The notes beneath the pieces are model-generated. The model was not told the DNA's origin. It did no database searches and was given only the letters and a program-made list of their open reading frames with translations. Both the position numbers and the translations under genes were made by a program. From a virus (lineage: Duplodnaviria > Caudoviricetes), in the IMG/VR virus record IMGVR_UViG_3300021255_002694: a stretch of DNA of 64,000 nucleotides, one strand, 5' to 3'. Each line of letters starts with the position of its first letter. Position 1 is the first letter of the stretch. Positions 1 to 9,776 of the stretch are shown here, piece after piece.

Positions 1-105
1 ACAAATGATCTTGCATCTCACGATTATCGCGGTTCATACGGTATTGCTTGGGGACCAACATCTGGTTCTAATTCAACACTATATGTAAAATCTGTTGACC
101 TATAA
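1..105 (+). CDS. 3' end of a gene entering the window (...GSNSTLYVKSVDL*)
   Basis: Frame 1 open from base 1 to TAA at 103-105, followed by an RBS-like GGGTG and the next ATG at 118. Confidence 0.6.
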   Translation, partial: TNDLASHDYRGSYGIAWGPTSGSNSTLYVKSVDL

Positions 106-117
106 GGGTGATATAAA

Positions 118-726
118 ATGTCAAATATATTAGAAATAGGATATATAGAGTATTCAGATCAAGCAAAAAGGGTTAATTGGAATCAACTGCTCCGTGCAAG
201 GGCAGATAATCCAAATCTCAGAATTTATGTTCAACCTTACAATGATACTGATTCTACTGGCGCACAAGATACATTTATTGCGACAAAGATCATGATTGTT
301 GACTACAATACAAATGATGTTTATTTTACTGTGTTTGCAGAAATATTGCAAACATCAGAATCAATGATTCCTGTTTCTGCATCTCCGGATGCAGACAGGA
401 TTATTGATATGATAAATTCATACGGATTTAATGTAAGATTATCTGAGCCTACTCCGATAACAGACAGAGTTCTAACAATCCTAAGAGGTCTATATGCTTC
501 TGGATATCTTTATGTATATAGAGACTATATTAACACAAGAACAACTAGAACAACATCTGTAATCTATGCATCAGATCAGATAAAATTAAGAAAAACAGGA
601 TTCAATATAACCAAAACTCCGGATTTTGTTGAAGATGATTGGGATTGGTGTAAACCAAATTATGCTTATCCAATAAAAGACTTGATTGAAAATGGAACTG
701 TGAATAATGGACAGCCTATTACTTGA
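118..726 (+). CDS. hypothetical phage protein
   Basis: 202-aa ORF with RBS; no recognised motif. Confidence 0.75.
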   Translation: MSNILEIGYIEYSDQAKRVNWNQLLRARADNPNLRIYVQPYNDTDSTGAQDTFIATKIMIVDYNTNDVYFTVFAEILQTSESMIPVSASPDADRIIDMINSYGFNVRLSEPTPITDRVLTILRGLYASGYLYVYRDYINTRTTRTTSVIYASDQIKLRKTGFNITKTPDFVEDDWDWCKPNYAYPIKDLIENGTVNNGQPIT

Positions 727-1087
727 TTCAAGTATTTCCGGAATAGAAAATGGTTATTATATATCTTGTTACTATGTAATTGATAATCACTTACGGTACA
801 TATCTTTATGTGACGCGAATTTATTTTATTTGCACTATGCTGATTCAGACTGTGTTGGAGAGAAGATAAAACAATCTTCAAATGAACACGAATTTGATGC
901 ATACGTTTATAATCAAAATAAGCCAATATTCAGTATGTGCAGTAACTATGAGAACATTGACAATAAAAATATTCGCATTGTTAGCATAAAGACAAGTACA
1001 GGTAATCCGATTACTAGAAAACCTAAAACACCAGAAAATGTAAACATATTAACAAGGTATTCAAATAATAACAAAAAATTATTTTGA
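707..1087 (+). CDS. hypothetical protein with C-terminal KKLF tail
   Basis: 126-aa ORF filling the gap between 118..726 and phoH; ends NNNKKLF*, the same tail as the MTases. Confidence 0.7.
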   Translation: MDSLLLDSSISGIENGYYISCYYVIDNHLRYISLCDANLFYLHYADSDCVGEKIKQSSNEHEFDAYVYNQNKPIFSMCSNYENIDNKNIRIVSIKTSTGNPITRKPKTPENVNILTRYSNNNKKLF

Positions 1088-1102
1088 AAGGATTGATGCC
1101 TT

Positions 1103-1843
1103 GTGGCTAGACAATCTAAGAAAGTAGCAGAATCGCAATTCAACACAACTGATGCACCTGAAACACTACATGAACATCCATTTTACGGATTTCAACTTGA
1201 TGCGGATCAACGATACTATGTTGACAGTATTTGGGACAAATCAAAGCTGCTGATATTCAGTAACAGTTGTGCTGGTACTGGAAAAACAACGCTTGCTTTT
1301 GCTACTGCAAACCTACTTTATCAACATGGATTTTATAAGAACATAATATATGTTGTAAGTCCATACGGAGAGAGTAAGCAAGGATTTCTCCCTGGCGACA
1401 TTACAGAGAAATCAGAGGTTTATTTTGAACCGATCTATCAGGCGATAATTAAATGTGGATTGATGCCTGAAAGAGTTATATATAATGAATCACTTACAGC
1501 AAAATCTGATAAAACAGAGGGCTGTGGATATGTTAAATGTTTAACACATACATATCTACGTGGAACTAATTTTGATGAGTCAGTAGTGATACTAGATGAA
1601 AGTCAGAATTATAGTTTTGATGATCTACAGAAAACACTTACAAGAGCAAACGATACATGTAAGATAATTGTCGTAGGTCATACGGGACAGCGTGACACGA
1701 ACGATCAATCTTGTGGATTTGAAAAGTATTTAGAGTATTACAAACAAATGGCAGATGATGGAGAAGAACGTGTTGCAATATGCCCACTTACAAAGAACTA
1801 TCGCGGTTGGATCAGTAGCACCGCAGATAGATTGAAGCCTTAA
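1103..1843 (+). CDS. phoH: PhoH-family ATPase
   Basis: Walker A AGTGKT; GFLPGDITEK; YLRGTNF..SVVILDESQN; IIVVGHTGQRD. Confidence 0.92.
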   Translation: MARQSKKVAESQFNTTDAPETLHEHPFYGFQLDADQRYYVDSIWDKSKLLIFSNSCAGTGKTTLAFATANLLYQHGFYKNIIYVVSPYGESKQGFLPGDITEKSEVYFEPIYQAIIKCGLMPERVIYNESLTAKSDKTEGCGYVKCLTHTYLRGTNFDESVVILDESQNYSFDDLQKTLTRANDTCKIIVVGHTGQRDTNDQSCGFEKYLEYYKQMADDGEERVAICPLTKNYRGWISSTADRLKP

Positions 1844-1850
1844 TGTAATT

Positions 1851-1891
1851 AAAAATGTGTGTCTGCTAAACAATGTAGACACACATTTTTT
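1851..1891 (+). terminator. intrinsic terminator
   Basis: AAAAATGTGTGTCTGC / GTAGACACACATTTTT inverted repeat ending in a T-run, just after phoH. Confidence 0.8.
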
Positions 1892-1923
1892 ATATTGTTT
1901 AACATAAAAATATTTGAAATCAC

Positions 1924-1952
1924 TTGACATTTTTATCTGATTATGATATAAT
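1924..1952 (+). promoter_or_regulatory. sigma70/sigmaA-type promoter
   Basis: TTGACA-17bp-TATAAT with TG extension. Confidence 0.85.
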
Positions 1953-1991
1953 AAAATAGAGCGGATTTTTCATAAATGTGTGGTGATTTAA

Positions 1992-4154
1992 TTGGAACAA
2001 AAATATTCAGAATTTTTTGATATTCTTCCGAAACATGCTCTTTTACCTATAATCAGACTTGTTCCATCAAAGTTTACTAAGATTACATCTGATCTACTTG
2101 CGTATGTGTTCATACAGCAAGGTGTCGTAAAAAAGATTGTTCTTGATAATCTAAAAGAATCAGCGAACAGGATAGTCAAACAACAATTAAATCCAGTTGG
2201 TAAATCTGATGATAGTTCAGATATTATGTCAATGGATGTTTCAGATGAATGTAAGATACTGCTTGATAGTTTTCTGTATTTTAAGTCACGCTATGAATCA
2301 ACAATAACATCCGATATACTTACGGCATACGTAACTTATATAATGATTTCAGATCAGAGAATAAGTTGTTCTCGCTTTTTCAAAGACTGTTTATATGTTA
2401 AAGAGTATACAAATGTGATAAACTCTTTATATAGTCAACTATCTGAATTTGTTGGAGTTACGAGATCGGATGTTCTTATTGACTACGGGGAGTATTTAAC
2501 TGATCCACTCATATATAAGCACTATGACTACTACGGCAGAGATAGTATTGTTGAGGAATGTATTGACGTTTTATGTAGGTACAGTAAGGCTAATCTTGCT
2601 CTTGTCGGAAATGCCGGAGTTGGAAAAACAAGTATAGTGTATGAAATTTGTAATGTCATTTCATCTGATGCATGTCCAGATCAACTGAAAGCATATAATG
2701 TATTTGCATTAGATGTTACAAAATTGACAAGTGGAACAACATTTAGGGGCGATCTTGAAAAGAGACTTGATACAGTAATATCTGAACTTAAAGATCATAA
2801 AAACATAATATTGTTTGTCGATGAGATGCAGTATATAGTAGGAAAAGACTCAGACTCTAAAACATTGCAAGGTGCATTGAAACCATATTTATCTGAAAGT
2901 TCAAAAGTAATAGGATGTACAACAGAGGAAGAATATAAATCTATTGAATCAGATCATGCATTTGAACGGAGATTTACAAAAGTAGTTGTTCCGGAAATGA
3001 CAGTAGATGAAACAATAGATGTACTTATGAATAAGTTAAATACTTATATAAAACACCACGATGCATATATAGACGATGAACTTGTAAAATACCTTGTAAT
3101 GAAGTGTGATCTGTGCATAAGAAATAGGTATTTTCCAGATAAGGCGTTTGATATACTTGATAAGGCTCTTGTGATGTGTTCGCATAGAGATAATAGAATT
3201 GTGACAAAAGATGACATTGATCTTACAATAAATCAGTTCTGCAATACGAGAAGCGCGAATGACATTGAGTATGTGAATAATGCAGAAAAAGAGATAAAAT
3301 CTTTATTGTTCGGTCAAGATCATATAATAAAAAGTGTGTGCAACTATCTAAGAAGATATGCTTTACACGTAAATGATCATGAAAAACCTATAGCAAATCT
3401 GTTATTTGTAGGTCCAACTGGAACAGGAAAAACGGAACTATGTATTCAGATCGCAAAGAAGTTTTTTACTGACGAAAGTTTTATACGGTATGATATGTCG
3501 GAGTTTATGGAACCTCATTCTGTTTCAAAGATAGTAGGTTCTCCGCCAGGATATGTTGGATATGATCGCGGCGGATCACTAACTGAAAAGGTAAAACATA
3601 ATCCATATTCGATAGTGTTGTTTGATGAAATTGAAAAGGCGCATAAAGATGTTGTCAATATCTTATTGCAAATTATGGATGATGGCAGACTGACAGATTC
3701 TTTTGGAACAACAGTAGATTTTAGAAATTGCATCATTGTAATGACTTCTAATATTGGATGTAAAGAGTACATGAATAAAAATCCACTTGGATTTTCTGAC
3801 AACGTAAAAACGGATAAATCAATAATCCGCAAATCTTTAATGGATTTTTTCGCACCGGAATTTCTAAATAGATTAGATGATATAATGTACTTTAATCCAA
3901 TAACAAGCGATATATTTGATAGCATATTCAATAAAAATGTAAGATGTTTTATTGATCGCTATAAAAACGAGGGAATAACACTTGATATTGATGAAAACAC
4001 ACTCAGTTCACTGAAAACTTTATGTTTTAATGAGAAGAATGGTGTCAGATATATTAAAAATAAGATCGCACAAAAATTAGAACCGTATATATTTGATTCA
4101 ATAAGTTCTGGCAGTAAGTTCATAAAACTTAATAATCTTGATTTTAAGGAGTAA
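1992..4154 (+). CDS. Clp/Hsp100 ATPase (ClpA/ClpB/ClpC family, two AAA+ modules, no long middle coiled coil)
   Basis: GNAGVGKT, GTTFRGDLEKRL, LFVDE, FERRF, RYFPDKAFD; second module GPTGTGKT, DMSEFMEPHSVSKIVGSPPGYVGY, FDEIEKAH, FAPEFLNRLD. Confidence 0.93.
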   Translation: MEQKYSEFFDILPKHALLPIIRLVPSKFTKITSDLLAYVFIQQGVVKKIVLDNLKESANRIVKQQLNPVGKSDDSSDIMSMDVSDECKILLDSFLYFKSRYESTITSDILTAYVTYIMISDQRISCSRFFKDCLYVKEYTNVINSLYSQLSEFVGVTRSDVLIDYGEYLTDPLIYKHYDYYGRDSIVEECIDVLCRYSKANLALVGNAGVGKTSIVYEICNVISSDACPDQLKAYNVFALDVTKLTSGTTFRGDLEKRLDTVISELKDHKNIILFVDEMQYIVGKDSDSKTLQGALKPYLSESSKVIGCTTEEEYKSIESDHAFERRFTKVVVPEMTVDETIDVLMNKLNTYIKHHDAYIDDELVKYLVMKCDLCIRNRYFPDKAFDILDKALVMCSHRDNRIVTKDDIDLTINQFCNTRSANDIEYVNNAEKEIKSLLFGQDHIIKSVCNYLRRYALHVNDHEKPIANLLFVGPTGTGKTELCIQIAKKFFTDESFIRYDMSEFMEPHSVSKIVGSPPGYVGYDRGGSLTEKVKHNPYSIVLFDEIEKAHKDVVNILLQIMDDGRLTDSFGTTVDFRNCIIVMTSNIGCKEYMNKNPLGFSDNVKTDKSIIRKSLMDFFAPEFLNRLDDIMYFNPITSDIFDSIFNKNVRCFIDRYKNEGITLDIDENTLSSLKTLCFNEKNGVRYIKNKIAQKLEPYIFDSISSGSKFIKLNNLDFKE

Positions 4155-4158
4155 TTTT

Positions 4159-4452
4159 ATGAAATCACATGTAAGAGAAAATATTGAAAAAGCAGTGCTT
4201 TCATATCATATGAAAGAAACACCTGTAGACGGAGGAAAGCTAATAGAACCATCACACTATATAACTAATGATATACTTGCAAGAAGAACACCTAATATTG
4301 AATACAGTAATTGGTATATAGATGATAGTGGTGTATGGTTTGTGACAGTTAAACATAAACCGTCAGGAAAGGAACAAATCATTCAAGGTTCAGATATGAA
4401 TGACTGTGTTAAATTTGCTGAAAGTCTTTTTAGAAACGAACAGCCCGTTTAA
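4159..4452 (+). CDS. hypothetical protein
   Basis: AAGGAG RBS before ATG 4159. Confidence 0.7.
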   Translation: MKSHVRENIEKAVLSYHMKETPVDGGKLIEPSHYITNDILARRTPNIEYSNWYIDDSGVWFVTVKHKPSGKEQIIQGSDMNDCVKFAESLFRNEQPV

Positions 4453-4466
4453 GGAGTTGATTAAAA

Positions 4467-4865
4467 ATGACTGTTGATGAGTGTTCAAAAATGTTTAATT
4501 CTATACTTGATAGTAACATATCAACAGTCGGATTGATCTTACCTGTAACAGATGTTTATGGAAAAGATGAATCGGAATGTCTAAATGATCTTGCATACAG
4601 GCTTCAAATAGAATTTGGAAAAACTGTTGTTTTATTATCATATGATCACATTGAATCAGAACTTGATACATATACAAAATCAGATGATCCACATATATTT
4701 GTTCCAAAGTATGCTGATAGTAAATATGTTTTCATCTGTCTGTTCAAGTCTCCTTACTTTAAGCAAGATAATACATGGTATATTGAGACTGTTAATATGT
4801 TGACATACTATAGAAAACAATTTTTCGGATTCTCAACAAATGATACAAGACTATCTGTATTTTAA
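4467..4865 (+). CDS. hypothetical protein
   Basis: AAGGAG RBS, 132 aa. Confidence 0.7.
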   Translation: MTVDECSKMFNSILDSNISTVGLILPVTDVYGKDESECLNDLAYRLQIEFGKTVVLLSYDHIESELDTYTKSDDPHIFVPKYADSKYVFICLFKSPYFKQDNTWYIETVNMLTYYRKQFFGFSTNDTRLSVF

Positions 4866-4880
4866 CGAAAAATATTCTTA

Positions 4881-4955
4881 AAAAATAAACATACTATAAC
4901 TATAATTCGTGTCAAGAGACTGCTTTTGATACGAATTATATTTTTAATTGAAAGG
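4881..4955 (+). promoter_or_regulatory. putative late-gene leader 1 (A-tract, ACTATA, hairpin, T-run, GAAAGG)
   Basis: AAAAATAAAC-ATACTATAAC, then TATAATTCGTGTCAAGAG / CTTTTGATACGAATTATA hairpin (4901-4940), TTTTT, GAAAGG; the layout recurs about 7 times. Confidence 0.65.
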
Positions 4956-4965
4956 TTGATTATAT

Positions 4966-5898
4966 ATGATAAAATTAAACAGAAAGTTGAAAGAATCTTA
5001 TAATGGTAATGATGTTGTGATATTCTATCGTGGTAAGGAGATTTACAGGGGTTCATTTACAAGAGCATTAACGATCACAGTAAAGGATTACATTATTAGA
5101 GATCGAGCATTTAGATCAGATGTTGTAGATTATTGCAATTCTTTTGGTGATCCACTTGTAGATGAGCGTGATAGTGCTTTTGATATTGCAGATGCTTTCC
5201 ATCAGCTTATTTTTGCAGAGTTAAATGACTATAGTGATGATGGTTGTGTTGGAAACGAGTCAGGAACTATTGAAGTATGTACAGTAGATCAAATTGATGA
5301 AGCAACTCATAGAACACTTAATCCACAATATGATTCAAGAAAATCATTCTATGGAAAGGCTCATGTTGTTGATGATTCTGATGGTTCTCAGATTCTTTAT
5401 TCTTATGATACTCCTGTATGTAAGATAAATGATCGCGGAGAGGTTGAACTTTTAGCACAGTGGGATGCATCACAAACAACTCTAAGACATGTAAAAGAGT
5501 TCTTACAGCAGAACGGTTTTAAAGTTGGTTCTAAATCTCAAATTGCATCTATGTATGGAAAGAAAGTTGAGAGAGTTTCAAGAAAGAATCGTAAACTTGT
5601 GCGTGAAGCTGATTATTCTCCAAGTTATGATGATCTTGCAGATAGACCTTATATGGATTATGATGGACTTGATGATGCTGTGAATAATACGAAGGAACTT
5701 GTTTCTGTTCTTGCAGATTTCAAAGACTATGCAGATTCTATTGTAGCTGTGAAGTTTGAAGATTATAATGATGCAGTAGAAGCATTTAGTGGTCCGTCAG
5801 ATGCAGATGCTTATGCACGTAAGATTTCATCTTTAACAAAATCCGCTCGTAGACTTTCAGATGAATTTGAGGAAATTGTAAATAGATTTGATCTATAA
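4966..5898 (+). CDS. acidic protein, candidate internal head protein
   Basis: N-terminal MIKLNRKLKES; internal RKNRKLVREA; D/E-rich. Confidence 0.75.
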   Translation: MIKLNRKLKESYNGNDVVIFYRGKEIYRGSFTRALTITVKDYIIRDRAFRSDVVDYCNSFGDPLVDERDSAFDIADAFHQLIFAELNDYSDDGCVGNESGTIEVCTVDQIDEATHRTLNPQYDSRKSFYGKAHVVDDSDGSQILYSYDTPVCKINDRGEVELLAQWDASQTTLRHVKEFLQQNGFKVGSKSQIASMYGKKVERVSRKNRKLVREADYSPSYDDLADRPYMDYDGLDDAVNNTKELVSVLADFKDYADSIVAVKFEDYNDAVEAFSGPSDADAYARKISSLTKSARRLSDEFEEIVNRFDL

Positions 5899-5917
5899 TC
5901 TAATGAGGTGGGTACTT

Positions 5918-6991
5918 ATGAGGTATAAGCCATACAATGTAAAAACATACTATACTGGTGGTAATATTTGGGTATTTACAGGAAATGTTAGTAATGATAA
6001 ATGGTTTTCAACAGCAAATCCAGATTGGTTTATTGACATTTATGATGCTGATCCAGATACATATGATGAAGAGACTGATGATTTTCTAAGCTATGAGTGG
6101 CAAGAGGAACATAGAATTGACAGTCTTGAAGATGATGATTTTTGTATAGACGTTTTAAAACAAGCTATAAAAGTTGATCCTTATAATGATAGAGACTTTG
6201 AGTATTTACTAAGATATGATTTTAATGTTAATGAATCTGTTTCAAAAAACGTCATTAAAAAGAGAGGTAAATCAGATATGAAACTAAAAATTGTAGAGGG
6301 ACAACTTAACGAAGGTCCTGGTGCTGGATATACTATTCATGTTGACGGTCTGTCTAATTTTAATATAACATCTGCTAAAGTTACAGAGTATGTTGAAGAA
6401 TCCGGATGGTTTGTTGACGTTGACGGAACATGTACTATTGATAATCTTAATGCTGATTCATATTATTATGGTACTGGAATTATCCATGATGTAGATGCAA
6501 GAATAAAGAGAATTTGGGTGAATTGGTATTGGGTTGATGATTATGATGATCTTAGTACAATGAACGCTGATGAACTAGCTAGATTTATGACTGACTATGC
6601 TAAATACAGACTTGATGATACAGATTTTGAAACAGTTTATGGCGGAGGTTGGTTACATTCAACATACAACGGAACTATTGATGCTGTTGATGATGAACAC
6701 GGAGATGTTGATTTAGTTATAACAGATAAGCACGTTATTGATTATATTGATCTTGCTGTTCAAGGCGAAAATTGCAATAATGTATACTATGTGACTTCTG
6801 ATGTAGATGGAACACTTGAGGCTCTTGATGATGAAGATAAAGCAATAGAGGTTGCGAAGATGTATTTTGAAACAGGTGATTACGATACAATTACTGTTGA
6901 ACGTGATTTAGAATATTATGATATTGACGGTATGCCTATTGAAACATTTAACGATACTGAAGTAATCTGGAATTCAGATGATGAATATTAA
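5918..6991 (+). CDS. highly acidic protein, candidate internal head protein
   Basis: GAGGTG RBS before ATG 5918; internal VNES-basic-MKLKIVEGQLNEG segment; D/E/Y-rich. Confidence 0.75.
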   Translation: MRYKPYNVKTYYTGGNIWVFTGNVSNDKWFSTANPDWFIDIYDADPDTYDEETDDFLSYEWQEEHRIDSLEDDDFCIDVLKQAIKVDPYNDRDFEYLLRYDFNVNESVSKNVIKKRGKSDMKLKIVEGQLNEGPGAGYTIHVDGLSNFNITSAKVTEYVEESGWFVDVDGTCTIDNLNADSYYYGTGIIHDVDARIKRIWVNWYWVDDYDDLSTMNADELARFMTDYAKYRLDDTDFETVYGGGWLHSTYNGTIDAVDDEHGDVDLVITDKHVIDYIDLAVQGENCNNVYYVTSDVDGTLEALDDEDKAIEVAKMYFETGDYDTITVERDLEYYDIDGMPIETFNDTEVIWNSDDEY

Positions 6992-7005
6992 GAGGACTGA
7001 TTTAG

Positions 7006-7311
7006 ATGAAGTTACAAATAAATGAATCGTATGATTATAGATTATACGGAATTCCGTATAAGGATAGAAAGAAACTTGAATCTCTTGGATATGAAATGGA
7101 CGTAACCGCTGTCGCACATGAAGCAGATATTGGAGATACAGTAGAACTATATGATATTGTAACAGATGAAAGAGCAACTTATATAAAGAGAGAAGATATA
7201 AATGGTAAGTGGATTCTTGCTTATAGATCAGGATATATTGATTATCTTGGAAAATCTAATCTGTACGTTTATGGTTCTTTTCCAAATGGAATTGTAGCAA
7301 GAATACTTTAA
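7006..7311 (+). CDS. small protein with MKLQINES leader, candidate internal head protein
   Basis: GAGGA RBS; INES motif. Confidence 0.7.
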   Translation: MKLQINESYDYRLYGIPYKDRKKLESLGYEMDVTAVAHEADIGDTVELYDIVTDERATYIKREDINGKWILAYRSGYIDYLGKSNLYVYGSFPNGIVARIL

Positions 7312-7316
7312 TATAG

Positions 7317-7358
7317 AAATCACAATGTACTTGTAGTGTGCATTGTGATTTTTTTTTT
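7317..7358 (+). terminator. intrinsic terminator
   Basis: AAATCACAATGTAC / GTGCATTGTGATTT stem plus a long T-run. Confidence 0.85.
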
Positions 7359-7369
7359 ACTGTAAATAC

Positions 7370-7398
7370 TTGACAAATTGAGCGATTTGTGATATACT
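7370..7398 (+). promoter_or_regulatory. early sigmaA promoter of the lar-MTase operon
   Basis: TTGACA-17-TATACT with TGTG extension. Confidence 0.88.
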
Positions 7399-7436
7399 AT
7401 ATATGGATATTTATTTTGTATATGGTGGTGAAATAT

Positions 7437-7679
7437 ATGAGACTTGTTGCAAATTGCCCGTTCTGCGGTGGATATTCAAACCTTGTTCGGAAAAGTAAAA
7501 CGATCGTTCATGGTGAAACCAAACAAACAACATATGTGGAATGTAAGGTTTGTCATTGCAGAGGTCAGAGATTTCTGCTTGATGATTTCAAAACTTCAAC
7601 TGAAGCTAGGGATGCTGCCGTTGAATCTTGGAATAGACGTTTCGGTTCAACTATTTATTTAGGTGTTGATGACGTATGA
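7437..7679 (+). CDS. lar: Lar-family restriction alleviation protein
   Basis: CPFCGG ... YVECKVC ... AVESWNRR signature. Confidence 0.8.
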   Translation: MRLVANCPFCGGYSNLVRKSKTIVHGETKQTTYVECKVCHCRGQRFLLDDFKTSTEARDAAVESWNRRFGSTIYLGVDDV

Positions 7680-8461
7680 ATTACATGGGAAGTAAGGCAT
7701 CAATCTCTAATAGCATTGTACCTATTATACAGAAGTGCATTATGTTTAGCGGATATGATCATTATATTGAACCATTTGTAGGCGGAGCAAATATAATCGA
7801 ACATGTTAAATGTAATATAAGAGTTGGTGCTGATATAAACAGATATTTAATCTCTCTGCTTAGATATTCACAACAGCATGAAATTTCAGATTTTCCAGAA
7901 GATATAACATATGAAGAATACTGTTCCGTTCGTGATGCATTTAACATAAAATCTGAAAAATATGAAGATTGGTATGTCGGATGTGTTGGTTTTCTAGCGT
8001 CTTTTAACGGAAGATTCTTCGATGGCGGATTTGCAAAACCACATTATTCTGACGGTCAACATAGAGAACCATATAAAGAACATTTAAGAAATCTCATGAA
8101 ACAAAATCTATCCGGAATTGATTTTATATGTTGTGACTATAAATCATTTAGTAATATATCTAATCATGTTGTATATTGTGATCCGCCTTATGCGAATACA
8201 AAAGATTATAACGGGAACAGGGATTTTTATTCAGATGAATTTTGGGATTTTGCAAGAAAGTTGTCAAGTAGCAATATTGTATTGATTTCAGAGCAAATTG
8301 CCCCGAAAGATTTTATGGAAATATGGTCACAAGATGTAAAGAGACAGATCAACACTTCGGATGATAAATTCACAGTTTCAGAGAAATTATATGTACATGA
8401 GAAATCATTTGATGCCGTGAATGAGTACGTAAATAAGTTTAAGATTAAGAGGTTATTTTAA
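7676..8461 (+). CDS. Dam/D12-class N6-adenine DNA methyltransferase (ends KRLF)
   Basis: MNYMGSK, YIEPFVGGAN (motif I), VYCDPPY (motif IV). Confidence 0.9.
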   Translation: MNYMGSKASISNSIVPIIQKCIMFSGYDHYIEPFVGGANIIEHVKCNIRVGADINRYLISLLRYSQQHEISDFPEDITYEEYCSVRDAFNIKSEKYEDWYVGCVGFLASFNGRFFDGGFAKPHYSDGQHREPYKEHLRNLMKQNLSGIDFICCDYKSFSNISNHVVYCDPPYANTKDYNGNRDFYSDEFWDFARKLSSSNIVLISEQIAPKDFMEIWSQDVKRQINTSDDKFTVSEKLYVHEKSFDAVNEYVNKFKIKRLF

Positions 8462-9765
8462 TGAATATTGTATGTGAAACTAAATCAGGTAAAATAGTAC
8501 ACGGAGATAACTTAGATGTATTAAAAGATATTGAAGATTCATCTGTAGATTCATGTATTTCTGATTTCCCATATGCGATTGAATTTATGGGTAAGAATTG
8601 GGATTCTATGAAGTCGTGGCATGACGGAGATGGAAGTCACAGCGAATTCAAAGGAACAGGTTATTCCGGTAAACGCAGACCTAATTTTTATCTAAACAAC
8701 CGTAAGGATATGGAGAATTTCTATGATTGGTGCAAGTTAAGATCAGATGAACTTATGAGAGTTATGAAATCCGGAGCATATGTTGCTATATTTGGTTCAG
8801 TTAAAACTAACCATAGAATGAAGTGTGCATTTGAAGATTCTGGATTTATTATTGTTGAAGAGACAGATTGGATTTACTTATCTGGTATGCCGAAATCACA
8901 AGATATTGGTAAAATGTTTGATGTTTCTGGAAATCCCGATCTTGCAAAAGTATATAAAGATTGGAAAACAGCCGGACTAAAACCAGCACATGAAACAATA
9001 ACAATATTCCAAAAACCTCTTGATGGTACGTATATCCAAAATATTGAAAAATATGGTGTTGGAGCAATGAATATAGGTGCTTGCAGAGTACCGATATCTA
9101 AAGAAGATATTGATATGTTAAATGCAAAAGCATCTAAGAATCCCACAACAAATTATTCTGATAAAGATGATAAAATTTATGGTAAGTATGCTCTTGATAT
9201 GGCAGTTCCGGCAAATCCAGATGGTAGATTTCCACCTAATATCGTAATTGATGAAGAAATTTCAAAAGCCATTGATGCACAGACTGGAATTTCTAAATCT
9301 AGCGGAGGAAGTGGTGTGCTTAGTAGAGTTCATAGATGTAGAAATACATATGGTGCTTTTGATGAGGATACAAATTCTAATTATGTTAATGATTCTCTCG
9401 GCGGATATGGAGATGTTGGTGGTGGATCAAGACTATTTCCAATTTTCCAATACTGCCCGAAAGTAAGTCCATCAGAAAGACTGTTGAAAAATGGAGAAAG
9501 AAATCCGCACGTAACACTAAAACCAGTAGATTTGATTAAATGGCTAATAAAACTTATAACTCCTATAAATGGATTTACTATTGATATAACAGCCGGAAGT
9601 TGTACTCATGCCGTTGCCTGTGAAACACTAAATATTGAAAATGGATATGATCTAAAATATTTAGATATTGAACTTTGTAATGATGAAGAAAATCCATATT
9701 GTGATGTAGGTAAACAAAGAGTTGAAGATGTTGTTAATACTATAAGGAATAAGAAACTGTTTTGA
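8461..9765 (+). CDS. beta-class N6/N4 DNA methyltransferase with variant motifs (ends KKLF)
   Basis: HGDNLDVL, SDFPY, GMPKS, LKPAHE, GRFPPN, HVTLKP, DITAGSCT. Confidence 0.8.
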   Translation: MNIVCETKSGKIVHGDNLDVLKDIEDSSVDSCISDFPYAIEFMGKNWDSMKSWHDGDGSHSEFKGTGYSGKRRPNFYLNNRKDMENFYDWCKLRSDELMRVMKSGAYVAIFGSVKTNHRMKCAFEDSGFIIVEETDWIYLSGMPKSQDIGKMFDVSGNPDLAKVYKDWKTAGLKPAHETITIFQKPLDGTYIQNIEKYGVGAMNIGACRVPISKEDIDMLNAKASKNPTTNYSDKDDKIYGKYALDMAVPANPDGRFPPNIVIDEEISKAIDAQTGISKSSGGSGVLSRVHRCRNTYGAFDEDTNSNYVNDSLGGYGDVGGGSRLFPIFQYCPKVSPSERLLKNGERNPHVTLKPVDLIKWLIKLITPINGFTIDITAGSCTHAVACETLNIENGYDLKYLDIELCNDEENPYCDVGKQRVEDVVNTIRNKKLF

Positions 9766-9776
9766 GGTGAAGTATC

